A stretch of 62,955 bases of DNA, counting the filler, from Octopus bimaculoides (taxonomy: Eukaryota), in assembly GCF_001194135.2 (NCBI RefSeq). It is 4 parts of 4 records of this genome, joined end to end, with 100 filler letters (N's around TTAATTAATTAA, not from the genome) between each part and the next. Parts side by side here need not be neighbours in the genome. Positions count along the whole stretch, not along the records: positions 1 to 6,575 come from NW_026397545.1; positions 6,676 to 22,574 come from NC_068996.1; 2 more parts are not named here. One strand, given 5' to 3'. The notes beneath the pieces are model-generated. The model saw nothing but the letters and a program-made list of their open reading frames with translations, was not told the origin of the DNA and searched no databases. Made by a program: the position numbers and the translations under genes. Below are positions 1 to 10,780 of the stretch, piece by piece. How positions within the stretch are numbered: position 1 is the stretch's first letter; every line of letters begins with the position of its first letter.

Positions 1-50
1 AGCCACTCCTGCACCTATAGCCACTCCTGCACCTATAGCCACTCCTGCGC
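1..50 (-). repeat. Tandemly triplicated 5' head of family-A SINE (18-bp unit AGCCACTCCTGCACCTAT); element body lies upstream of the window
   Basis: The unit repeats at 1-18, 19-36 and partially at 37-50. The reverse complement GCGCAGGAGTGGCT matches the start of the family-A SINE copies at 6000 (-) and 54307 (+). Confidence 0.7.
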
Positions 51-596
51 GAAGTTTTATGGTAAAATATTTCTGTCATTGTTTGCTTCAATGTTCTCAA
101 TATTGTTGTTTTTGTTGTATTCAAATCTTTCTTTAGATATTCTATACTCAACCCATTTTTTAAGAAGGTGAAGTATGATAAGAAAATTTAGCTGTTGTGT
201 CTAGTAGATCAAGTAACCACATACGCACATGGCTGTTAGCTCAAAAAATATTTTATTGCAGGGGAAAACTAAATATTTAAATCAACTTTTTGGTCTTCTT
301 TCTTGCTTCCATCATTTCAATTTATTGTCATTTAGCCATACTTCAGATTTGATCAATCACATCTATGATCAATAACCTACCAGCTATATCCAGTCCACAA
401 CTTTTATCACATAGTGTATCTAGGACGACACAGTCCATTGTACCTGCTCTTTTTAAAAATAATATAGTGGAATTTGGTGGCAATCCTTTCTAGAAGGTTG
501 AGTGACTAACTAGAGCAGGGTAGTTGAAGCTATTTCTTTCAGTGAACCTCTTTATCATATCCAACCATATCGATGTACCTCTTCAACATATTCAAC

Positions 597-1124
597 ACTC
601 TTTTACTCTTTTACTTGTTTCAGTCATTTGACGGTGGCCATGCTGGAGCACCGCCTTTAGTCAAAGAAATCAACCCCAGGACTTATTCTTTGTAAGCCTA
701 GTACTTATTCTATTGGTCTCTTTTGCCGAACTGCTAAGTTACGGGGACATAAACATACCATCATCGGTTGTCAAGCGATGTTNNNNNNNNNNNNNNNNNN
801 NNNNNNNNNNNNNNNNNNNNNNNNNNNNNNNNNNNNNNNNNNNNNNNNNNNNNNNNNNNNNNNNNNNNNNNNNNNNNNNNNNNNNNNNNNNNNNNNNNNN
901 NNNNNNNNNNNNNNNNNNNNNNNNNNNNNNNNNNNNNNNNNNNNNNNNNNNNNNNNGGGGGGGGGGGAACACAAACACGCAAACATATACACACACATAC
1001 ACACACATATATATATATACATATATATGACGGGCTTCTTTCAGTTTCCATCTACTAAATCCATTCACAAGGCTTTGGTCGGCCCGAGGCTATAGTAGAA
1101 GACACTTGCCCAAGGTGCCACGCA
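597..1124 (-). mobile_element. tRNA-derived SINE family A, 5'-truncated, with an assembly gap inside its internal microsatellite
   Basis: Matches 5608-6000 and 54307-54706 over both halves (CAAGGTGCCACGCA ... TTTACTTGTTTCAGTCATTTGAC), and ends in a (TTTTACTC)n tail. Confidence 0.9.
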
Positions 1125-1194
1125 ATCCCTCATGAAGAATGTAATGTAAAACAGCAGGACACTGTAGACTGTCCTTCGTGCTGGCACTGGTTGG

Positions 1195-1320
1195 TTTGAC
1201 AGGATCCAATAAAGCCTGAGGTCTGTGTCAAGCTCTATCATCCACTTTGACAGGGTTTCTACAGCTGGATGCCCTTCCTAACACCAACCACTTTACACAG
1301 TGTACTGAGTGCTTTTTTCT
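1195..1320 (+). mobile_element. Interspersed repeat fragment resembling an RTE-type retroposon 3' region
   Basis: Contains GTTTCTACAGCTGGATGCCCTTCCTAACACCAACC, similar to the GGATGCCCTTCCT...CCAAC motif of RTE-clade 3' ends. Recognised from memory only. Confidence 0.35.
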
Positions 1321-1821
1321 TTTCAAAAGAAGTTGTGAGGTTGCCATGTAACTCATAAGACAAAAAAAAAAGGGCTCCTTGACTGAATAAGAGTCTAGTA
1401 GAGAGGGAGGTGGTCAGGTGGTGGTGAGAAATTATTATATGATAGAGGGGCAGCCACAGGTGTTTTGCTACAGATACATGGCTACCCTGTATTCGATAAG
1501 GATGGGTGAGAATAGCTGGAAAGAGAACAATGATGGTGGCAATGAGGTGTTAGAGCTCACTCTGAAGGTACAAGAAGGTGATTATAAGAGAGAATACAGA
1601 CGGAGGGTGGGGAAGATGGGTAGAAAAGTTCACAAAAGTATGGGAGGAGATTGGCAGCCGGTAGGAGTGTGGTCGAACATCACTATGGGGGTGGGGAGGA
1701 AGGTAAAAGAAATAAAACAGGAAGGAGGTGATAAGCAGCAATACACACACACACACACACACAACAACAACAACAACAACAAGTTTCCACACATTTTCTC
1801 CCAAATTCCTTTCACATGCCA

Positions 1822-1920
1822 TTGGTCAGCTGAAAGCTATAGTAGAAGATACTTGAGGTGCCATACATTAGCATTGAACCAGTGACTCAGGTTGTTACAG
1901 AAGAAACGTCTTAACTACTT
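1822..1920 (-). mobile_element. Degenerate family-A SINE head fragment
   Basis: GCTATAGTAGAAGATACTTGAGGTGCCA matches the family-A segment GCTATAGTAGAAGACACTTGCCCAAGGTGCCA. Confidence 0.55.
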
Positions 1921-2599
1921 GGATGTCATGAATACATTTCTTTAATTCCTCACATCAATGGCATTCAATAATGTTTTGTTGATTTAAAACAAGATTTCAA
2001 TACAGTGTCTTAATTCTATATGAAAGTGTTTTCGTCTAGCAATAAAGGAATGAGTCACTAAAACTGAATGAAAGATAAAAGAAAAATATGGTCTTCACTG
2101 ACATCTTTATTATTAAATAAAATAAATTCAGGTTTATATTCAGGTGTCACATCTTGAATAAAAAGAAGTCAGTGGAGACAACAAAAGTTTCCACATCAGA
2201 ATTGAAAAAAATCACTGAATGATTTTAAGCGACTCTTATTGACATACATAAACCATACAAAGGAATCTCTGCACACTCTCCCAGAAATAACAGTCAAATC
2301 TTTCTTGTATCTGTAATCTGACCTGGACATGATCCAGCAACTCAAACTGGTTGTAAACAAGTGAATGACTATACATTTCGGTTGGAAAAACATAGAATTT
2401 ACTTATTCTGTCCTCAATACCAACCTTACCAAGTCTCCTGGTAAATGTAACTGAAGCATTATTGTCAACAACTTTCTGCATTGGATGAACCACATTCCTA
2501 AAATCATCTCAGCATCTTTCAATAAAGTCTTTATCAGCCACTCACCAGCAGCTGTCTATAATATACCCACATAGTTTGTATCTTCTGTCCAGAACTCCC

Positions 2600-3305
2600 A
2601 TCTTGCTCAGAATATTGATCTAATGGAAGCTGCCTAGAAACATTCAATGAAATCCTCTGTCAGTCACTTATCATATCTGGAGAGTATTGCTTCTCTGGGC
2701 ACCGAGAAAACAATTCCAGCTTCTAGTAGCAGAAGCTGCAACATCTCCAGTGTTTTCTTGTCAAATTCGCTTTTCCACAGCTCATCTCTTTAACTGATCT
2801 GCATTCCTGGATCAAGCATAGATCAAGGCAGGGTGGCAGGCACTCACAGTCCTCTGCCAATTTGAGCAATGTGGTCAGTGCAAGTTCCACTTTGGTGTTC
2901 TATAGAGGTCAAGCAGTGGGCAAGAGCAACAACATTCCTGTGGAGACTCTCTGAGTGTTGAAGAGAATCAACTGGCTGGTCTGTTCCGTTGGATTTTCAG
3001 GCTGCGATTGAAGGATAATTTCCAGAAATTCTTGGTCTAGCAGTGTTACCATGGAGCATTGCCTGTTTGATATAAACTCTATTGACATCATCAAAGGCTG
3101 TCAGTTGGTCCTGCCTGAGATGCACGCAGAGTGACAAAACTGTTCTGCATGCATTTGTCAAGTGCTCAAGCTGACTTGTAGGTTCATACTGAACATCTGC
3201 TGTTATGTGTAGATCGTGAAGTTTGGGCTGTTACTGACTTATTTTGGCCATAGAATGACCCTATTCTTAATATGTGCCTGTAGATTGGAGAGCAAAAGAG
3301 AGGGC
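2600..3305 (+). mobile_element. L1-Tx1-like LINE relic, ORF2 C-terminal (zf-RVT) region, decayed; 3'UTR-like sequence appears to resume at ~3420-3529
   Basis: Decayed frames read DNFQKFLV*QCYHGALPV and CLRCTQSDKTVLHAFVKC. These align with DNFQRSLGWQCYRGALPV and CPRCAQDDETVLHALVQC in ORF 20833-21423. The DNA is also similar to 16965-17790. Confidence 0.75.
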
Positions 3306-3410
3306 TTGCAACTGCTCGAATACTCCGGAAGGTGCTTAAAAAATAAGAGGTGTTACCTTAGTTCAGTGGTAGTGAACAGCTGACACCGTAGTACATCTCC
3401 AGTATTAGAA
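3305..3410 (+). mobile_element. Short 5'-truncated 3' end of a Dong/R4-clade LINE
   Basis: Encodes TARILRKVL followed by the same 3'UTR as the copy at 3530-3770 (-). Confidence 0.8.
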
Positions 3411-3529
3411 CCTTTGGTGGTCAGAGTAATCTTGGATCTGTGGGATTCTTTGATTGGCCCTCATCAGAGTTTCTCCTGTTCCAGGAAGATTGCATTATTC
3501 CCTTTATCCCATACTTGGTATAATATGTT

Positions 3530-3770
3530 ATGTACTACGGTGTCAGCTGTTCACTACCAGCGAACTAAGGTAACACTTCTTATTTTCCGAGCACCTTCCG
3601 GAGTATTCGAGCGGTTCCAAGCAGTGCTGTTTTCTGCAAGTGCTCCACCCTTATTGCAGCCCCTATTTGTTCCATGTACATCTTGAGATTTTTGCTCATT
3701 GTTCCCAGGGCTCTGACAATTATTGGTAGTACTGCTACCTTTTTCGTCGGCCACAACTGCTTAACTTCCA
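3530..3770 (-). mobile_element. Dong/R4-clade LINE 3' fragment (end of REL endonuclease domain plus 3'UTR)
   Basis: ORF 3580-3819 reads EVKQLWPTKKVAVLPIIVRALGT...LQKTALLGTARILRKVL, the typical C-terminus of REL-type non-LTR retrotransposons. Confidence 0.85.
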
Positions 3771-3919
3771 CCCAAGCCACATTGCTAGCACACCCAGCCC
3801 AACTAACTCTCACAAGCATAGACCTCTTTCTGAAGCAAATTCAAAGCAACTGTATTTCACAAATAAAACTTAACCTAATGAACCCATTATTTTGTTGTTT
3901 TTACCCCATTATCACCCCA

Positions 3920-3993
3920 TTTTTCTTCAACGTCCCCTTGGAACTTTCCACCGCCCCCAGAGGGGCAATACCACTCACTTTGGGAACCACTGC
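3920..3993. mobile_element. Possible terminus of a hAT-type MITE
   Basis: CCCCCAGAGGGGCAATACCACTCACTTTGGGAACCACTG resembles Charlie/MER-type termini ending GGGAACCACTG. The partner end was not found. Confidence 0.35.
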
Positions 3994-4880
3994 TCTACAT
4001 TGTCACTACGCCTGCTACAAACAACAGCCACATCTTCCTGTTATCATAATTACTATATCACCAATAACAATAGAAAAAAAAATATAATATCAATGGCTGC
4101 CTTTGAGGTTAATAAATCACAATATATTTGTAAAATAGTAAAAAAGTCATCTTCCGAAATTTCATTTCGTGAAATATTTTAACATTTACAAAAAATATAT
4201 AGAGTAGTCTCCCTTGGATCTTTATAATATTTTTTTTTCCTGACCTGTGCTTAATTTATGGTAGGCAGAATGGAAGCTAATAATTATACTTTCAGCCTAA
4301 ATTATAAGGCCCCGGGGGAGGGAGAAGATCTATACAACAAGTGATGGTACATAATAGGATAAATCACAAAAGGGTTTTGATATATTGCAGTTACGAAACT
4401 GTCTCAAATCTTCTAAACTCTAGACTGAGGGTTATTCAACTGAGTTCAGTGTATTAATGGTTTTTTAAAAATATTCTTCGTTTATTTTTTTATAGGTTTT
4501 GGTCAAGAGGAAGGGGCTGTGTCCACGACTTTATAATACATGGTTGCATAACGATATAGTTAACGTTCCTCTTGTAGAGTCACCGTTTGCACAAAAACAG
4601 AGAAAGGGAGAGAACTCCAGAGGACTGAGGTTTTGGGCGGACACAAGATGGGAGTCGAAAGGAGGAGAGTCGTCGAGTAGAGAACGCTTGGTATGGAGAG
4701 AGGTGGATAGGTGGGTGGGGGCGGGCAAACAACACAACCCCGATTCAAAAAGAAAAAAAGAAACTGAAATATCAAAGTCGTGTCTCTAAAGTATGAGGTT
4801 AGCTCTGGTAGCTACAAACACCTTCCCCTCCACCACCATCACCACTGTCTTTCACATCCCTTACTATCACCGTCATGCTT

Positions 4881-4933
4881 GACCGCCTCAGCTACCACCA
4901 CCACCACCACCACCACCACCACCACCATCATCA
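4881..4933. repeat. (ACC)n microsatellite with degenerate flanks
   Basis: Direct reading of the sequence. Confidence 0.9.
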
Positions 4934-5089
4934 CAGTCGCCTCCGCCTCTATCACAACTACAGTTCATACTATTACTATCACCCCATTACCATCTCAACT
5001 GTCAATCTACTACTGCCCTCACCGTCTCTATGCCTACAATTACTCTCACCCCAGCAAGAGGAATAGAAGAAATGTCATTGAATAGTGAG

Positions 5090-5607
5090 AGAGCGGGGTC
5101 AAAGTATGACACACAGAAATTCGTTTTGCCATTTATCATTATAGAAGTGGGACATCCACTGACCCCCATTGCCTAACTGGTACAGGTCTGTGAGTGCCCA
5201 GTCTTGATCTTTCCTTCGCCAAGGACTGTGGTTCCGTCAAGGAGACGAGCCGTAGAAAGACACATCTCACAAATGGAGCCCACACTTGTTCACTATCCAG
5301 AAATCGTCACGGGTGGTGCAACCTGAGCGCATGTCTGCACATGATAAGCCACGCAAAAGGTGCTGGTAGCGGACTGACCGCCTGACCATTGGAACATGTC
5401 CCTCTCCACAAGAAAATGAATAAGAGACAATCTAGCCTGATCAAATAGTAACCAGGGCAGGGCACAACCATCAGGCAATAAATGATGATGAAGGTCATGT
5501 AGGCATTTGCCACCTCTGCCCAACCTTTCAGGGATAGCTTCTTTTCAGCCCATTTTGGGGTAAGACTGACCACCCTGTCCATCACCTCACACCAGTTCTT
5601 CTCCACC
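5090..5607 (-). mobile_element. L1-Tx1-like LINE relic (post-RT region of ORF2), bounded by a SINE at 5608
   Basis: The minus frame reads KNWCEVMDRVVSLTPKWAEKKLSLKGWAEVANAY...LLFIFLWRG (W..R.LSL.GR..V.N-type motif). FLDSEQVWAPFVRCVF matches the other Tx1 copies. Confidence 0.75.
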
Positions 5608-6000
5608 TTTACTCTTTTATTTGTTTCAGTCATTTGACTGTGGCCATGCTGGAGTGCCACCTTTAGTCGAGCAAATCGACCCCAGGACTTATTCTTTGTA
5701 AGCCTAGTACTTATTCTATCGGTCTCTTTTGCCGAACCGGGGACGTAAACACACCAGCATCGGTTGTTGAGCAATATTGGGNNNNNNNNNNGGGGGGGGG
5801 GGTGACAAACACAGACACACACACACACATATATATATATATACATATATACGACGGGTTTCTTTCAGTTTCCGTCACAAGGCTTTGGTCGGCTCGAGGC
5901 TATAGTTGAAGACACTTCTCCAAGGTGCCACGCAGTGGGACTCAACCCAGAACCATGTGGATCGTAAGCAAGCTACACATCACACAGTCACTCCTACGCC
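5608..6000 (-). mobile_element. Near full-length family-A SINE
   Basis: The minus strand begins GGCGTAGGAGTGACTGTGTGATG (A-box-like) and carries GGTTCTGGGTTGAGTCCC (B-box-like), an internal (TA)/(TG) microsatellite and a GACTGAAACAAATAAAAGAGTAAA tail. Confidence 0.9.
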
Positions 6001-6258
6001 TTTAAATCCGTGTAGCACTGAGGGCCAAACATTTTTGAGACAATTTTCTAATTCTGCCAAAGTAGGAAATTTAGGTTTTCTCTCTTGCCGAGAAATGCAT
6101 TTATACTCAATGGCTTTTCCTTCAGAGTTAGTTTTCTCCCTTTTTCCTCCTCACTAAGAGACATAACTCCTGGTTTTACAAAAGCATTTTGCTATTGGAA
6201 GTTTTACCGTTCATATATTGTACTACAAAGATAGAGTCGTTGATGTGGGGTTTTTTTA

Positions 6259-6575
6259 TGCTGTTATTGTTGCTGTTGTTATTACTACTGTTATTACTAT
6301 TGTCATTACTACTGTTATTACAATTGTTATTACTACTGTTATTACTATTGTTATTACTACTGTTATTACTACTGTTATTACTATTGTTACTACTACTGTT
6401 ATTACTACTGTTATTACTATTGTTATTACTACTGTTATTACTACTGTTATTACTATTGTTATTACTACTGTTATTACTATTGTTATTACTACTGTTATTA
6501 CTACTGTTATTACTACTGTTATTACTACTGTTATTACTATTGTTATTACTACTGTTATTACTATTGTTATTACTA
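6259..6575. repeat. Compound AT-rich microsatellite with 12-bp higher-order unit (ACTGTTATTACT / ATTGTTATTACT)
   Basis: Direct reading. It produces the poly-Leu and VITT artefact ORFs. Confidence 0.95.
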
Positions 6576-6675
6576 NNNNNNNNNNNNNNNNNNNNNNNNN
6601 NNNNNNNNNNNNNNNNNNNTTAATTAATTAANNNNNNNNNNNNNNNNNNNNNNNNNNNNNNNNNNNNNNNNNNNN
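6576..6675. other. Synthetic scaffold linker N44-TTAATTAATTAA-N44
   Basis: 44 N, then the 12-mer at 6620-6631, then 44 N. The same 100-bp construct occurs at 22575-22674 and 40826-40925. Confidence 0.9.
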
Positions 6676-6705
6676 TATATATATATATATATATACATAT
6701 AGATG

Positions 6706-6747
<42 letters not shown>

Positions 6748-7505
6748 CATGTGTGTGTTTGTGTGTGTGTGCATGCATTCATGCATGCATGTATGTATGT
6801 ATGTATGTATGTATGTATGTATGCATGTATGTATGAATTGAAACAAACTTATAATACTTGAAAAGCCATGAATCTAATGTCCTATCACGAGAGTCTACAC
6901 CAGAAGAGTCAAATATTACGATAAAATGAAGGCCAAATAAAACTAAGGTCATATTAATCAGACTGGTTTTGCGTCTAAGAGTAGCTGAATTTGTACAAAG
7001 AGTGAAACCGTTGTGATATTTAGTTCCGTTTCACTTCAATTTGAGTACACAAATCGTAAAGTTTGGATTATATTATTTCAGTTGATTAAAAAGAATCAGT
7101 TCTATGGCAGGGTTAATTTGTCTGAGCATTCCAACGCACCTTTGGTTTTAAATTGTCGTGTTCCTAATTAAAAAATAGTGATAGTTTTGTCTTTCCTATA
7201 GCATTTATTATTAAATGCCAAAGTAAAGCTCATTTCATTTTCAGCGTGCTCGAGTCTTGCTAAACTTAACATAGATAAATTACCGTCTACGACACAATTA
7301 ATTACAAATGATGTAATGTTGTAACCATTTGTAAAAACTAGAATTTGTAAAAACTAGAATTCGTAGAAACCAGTGAGTGTCGGCAAAAGTAATGTAAATA
7401 AACAAAATTATATTTAAAATGTTAGATGTCGAAAGATAAAAAACAATAGCATCATCATGTTAGGCACATGTCCCTTATGGAGCTAGATAATACAGATAGA
7501 GTGTG

Positions 7506-7634
7506 AGGGAGAGAGAGAAGAAGAGGGAGAGAGAGAAGAAGAGGGAGAGAGAGANNNNNNNNNNGAAGAAGAGGGAGAGAGAGAAGAAGAGGGAGAGAGA
7601 GAAGAAGAGGGAGAAAGAGAAGAAGAGGGAGAGA
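7506..7634. repeat. Purine-rich 18-bp minisatellite (GAGAGAGAGAAGAAGAGG)n
   Basis: About 7 units, interrupted by a 10-N gap. Confidence 0.9.
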
Positions 7635-7739
7635 TTTAAAAATGGAATAAAGAGTTCTTGTGTTATTTTAAATGATCGTGATAGTCATGGATCTGAAGCG
7701 ACCAGTTTGTATGAAATTTGTAGTAGAGTAAAAGGACTA

Positions 7740-8480
7740 ATGGAAAATTGCCGATTTTGCGCAAAAATAAAATGGAAAGACATTGGCGGTGTCATGTAGG
7801 TGTATTTACTACAGTATGTATGTGTGAGATGGTGAATGGTAGAACTGAAGACACATATGTATTTATATATGGAGGAAGGAGTGAGAGTAGAAGGAAAAGA
7901 CTTAAAAGAAAAGTAATCACTACGAAAGAAATCGTTCCACAACGAAAACTGAATCAAGAGTTCGATTCATACATACGCCTTGATGAAGACGTTCACAGAC
8001 GTTACTGTCATATTGGGAGAGACCAGTAATTGCGAAATCCCATGCAACAGTTTAAGAGGTCCAGGACAATTTGAATCGATCAGTCAACTTACAGTCTGTT
8101 TAACATATAAACAAAGCACTGCATAGTTGGCAATTTGTGCAACAAATTACGTTACTTAGTGATATAACTACAGCTATCTGCAACTTGGAAAGTAGAATTA
8201 GGAATGAGCAAATGGGTAAGGTTTTATAATAGAACAGGAGTTAAAGCAAGGAGTAGGAGAAAGAAGATGATATAGGATGAATATTGTAATGGGTGGAATA
8301 ACTTCTTGCCGGAATGTTGTGAAGTTTGTGATCACATCTAAAGAAGGAGATTTGAGGTTCCGGCGAGACAAAGGCAATAATAGGGCCTCATGAAGGAACT
8401 GAAATTTCAGAAGATATAATGCTGGAAAGGTTGATTAGAAGGGTTGAATTGTTATATCTTTATAAAGTCAGGCTTTCGTG
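7740..8480 (-). mobile_element. Highly decayed Penelope-like element, linker/GIY-YIG endonuclease region
   Basis: Minus-strand fragments resemble PIIAF.RRNLK, SNVIC and LCSALF...LTDRF (compare P.IA.RR..NL, SNV.Y.I.C..C..LYIG.T.R.L..RF). There are many stops and frameshifts. Confidence 0.4.
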
Positions 8481-10353
8481 ATCTTGCTTTGATGATTTGG
8501 GGGCTTCATTCAAAATACTATGCAGTTCTTTAAGAACAGTTTCTCCAACAAAAGTATTAAATTGTCGTATTCCAAGATGTATGAAAGAACTAGTAATGTT
8601 ATGTCTAGATCAGTATCCATAAAGTTAGGCAAGGAAATTTACGAGCAAGTACTACACACTTAATATTGGCATCTTTATGGGAATTATTATTCTATGATTA
8701 CGATCTAGTTATAAACTTAGCATTGAGAGAAGCACGAAACTGCTCGGAGAAAATGAAAATCAGACAATACCGGTAATGCCTTTAACTTAATTACTGTTAT
8801 CCTATTAACATTAACAAGAATGAGAGGAAAGGAAAAGAGAATCCAATGTTAGTCACGTAGAACATTGTGGGTTTAGTTACAAACTCACGATATCCAGCCA
8901 CCATACGCATAGTGCACAAGCATATATTTTTTTGCTCCTAGCGAGAGTGGAGATGGGGAGGGCTCCTGGGATGCTTTACAAGAATTAATCAGTTTTAGTG
9001 CTGCTGCATGGCTAGTGAAAGTTTTAAGAGCAACACTTGCTGTTAAGTGATGGTACGGGACACTGTGGATCTCTTTGCGCGACTCAGGAAATGAATAAGA
9101 TGGTGAAAGTGTAGAAGATATACACTGGATTGTATAAATGTGTGTGCGAACGTGTGTATGTACATACATACATGCATATACACATATATAAATATATATA
9201 NNNNNNNNNNNNNNNNNNNNNNNNNNNNNNNNNNNNNNNNNNNNNNNNNNNNNNNNNNNNNNNNNNNNNNNNNNNNNNNNNNNNNNNNNNNNNNNNNNNN
9301 NNNNNNNNNNNNNNNNNNNNNNNNNNNNNNNNNNNNNNNNNNNNNNNNNNNNNNNNNNNNNNNNNNNNNNNNNNNNNNNNNNNNNNNNNNNNNNNNNNNN
9401 NNNNNNNNNNNNNNNNNNNNNNNNNNNNNNNNNNNNNNNNNNNNNNNNNNNNNNNNNNNNNNNNNNNNNNNNNNNNNNNNNNNNNNNNNNNNNNNNNNNN
9501 NNNNNNNNNNNNNNNNNNNNNNNNNNNNNNNNNNNNNNNNNNNNNNNNNNNNNNNNNNNNNNNNNNNNNNNNNNNNNNNNNNNNNNNNNNNNNNNNNNNN
9601 NNNNNNNNNNNNNNNNNNNNNNNNNNNNNNNNNNNNNNNNNNNNNNNNNNNNNNNNNNNNNNNNNNNNNNNNNNNNNNNNNNNNNNNNNNNNNNNNNNNN
9701 NNNNNNNNNNNNNNNNNNNNNNNNNNNNNNNNNNNNNNNNNNNNNNNNNNNNNNNNNNNNNNNNNNNNNNNNNNNNNNNNNNNNNNNNNNNNNNNNNNNN
9801 NNNNNNNNNNNNNNNNNNNNNNNNNNNNNNNNNNNNNNNNNNNNNNNNNNNNNNNNNNNNNNNNNNNNNNNNNNNNNNNNNNNNNNNNNNNNNNNNNNNN
9901 NNNNNNNNNNNNNNNNNNNNNNNNNNNNNNNNNNNNNNNNNNNNNNNNNNNNNNNNNNNNNNNNNNNNNNNNNNNNNNNNNATATATATATATATATATA
10001 CACGTTCGCTTGCACATTTATCCAATCCAATCTTTATGTTCTACCCTTACACCATCTCAAGCAACTCATCAATATTTTTGAAGATCAGTTTGGAAAATGA
10101 AGCTGTAGCTGAAGACAGTTATATGGCAATCTAGTAAATATATATATAAGGATAAAGTCAATATAAGGTTTTATCGAGTAGCCTAAATCAATTAAGGAAA
10201 AATTGATACAAGGTATCTAATCTTTTCCTTCATATATAAAATACAAGGGCTATTACTGTGCATAAAAGCCATTCGCTTTAATGGGACTCTAAAGTCAAAC
10301 TACGCCGAATGAAAACTAGGAGAAATTCCTTGGATAGAATAAGTTTAGTCGTT

Positions 10354-10406
10354 TGTCATTAATGATTTCGTGGTCACCATGTACTACCATGTTTTCCATT
10401 CATCAT
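10354..10406 (-). ncRNA. Degenerate homologous hammerhead motif in the left arm (core C3 and U16.1 mutated, probably inactive)
   Basis: The minus strand reads ATGATGA ATGG...CCAC GAAA TCA TTAA TGA CA, with the palindrome TCATTAATGA at 10356-10365. Confidence 0.45.
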
Positions 10407-10709
10407 AACCGGGAAAAATATATAAAGGAAAAAATTAGATACCTTGTATTAATTTTTTTCCTTAATTGGTTTACACGCTGGCTGCTCGATAATATCTTAT
10501 ATAGATTTTATCCTTATATTTTATTTACAAATATTGAACCGGAATATATTCAGTCCTGAATTATTTCGATTATACACACGTGGCGAGATGAACTAGGCAG
10601 AGATCTCTTTAATTGGATTTATAAGTGTAAACATTTGTACATGTTCTACTGGATGCGTTGTGTTCGTCTAGTATGCAAAGATGTTTTTATATTTATGTTT
10701 CCCCAGTAT

Positions 10710-10780
10710 GTTCGTACTGATGAGTGGAGAACATGGTAATACATGGTGACCATGAAATCATTTATGGTATACCACTGAAC
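10710..10780 (+). ncRNA. Putative (degenerate) type I hammerhead ribozyme motif
   Basis: CTGATGA at 10717-10723; stem II GTGG/CCAT; GAAA at 10754-10757; stem III ATCA-TTTA-TGGT; cleavage triplet GTA at 10767-10769; stem I GTA/TAC plus GTTC/GAAC across a 4-nt bulge. Confidence 0.55.

Noticed and set aside
2236-2493. 85-aa minus-strand ORF of ordinary composition
   Set aside because: It has no recognisable domain, lies next to LINE relics and has no convincing splice context.
3438-3467. Minus-strand CTGATGA-GGG...CCC hammerhead candidate
   Set aside because: The stem is followed by ACAG rather than GAAA, and there is no helix III or cleavage site.
6189-6631. Long poly-Leu / VITT ORFs, and similar poly-V/T/R, YI, HT and CV ORFs throughout the track
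   Set aside because: They are translations of microsatellites or N runs and have no protein-like complexity.
8885-10134. 300-440 aa ORFs spanning gaps (also at 33764-35113 and 37390-38535)
   Set aside because: Their length comes from N runs translated as X.
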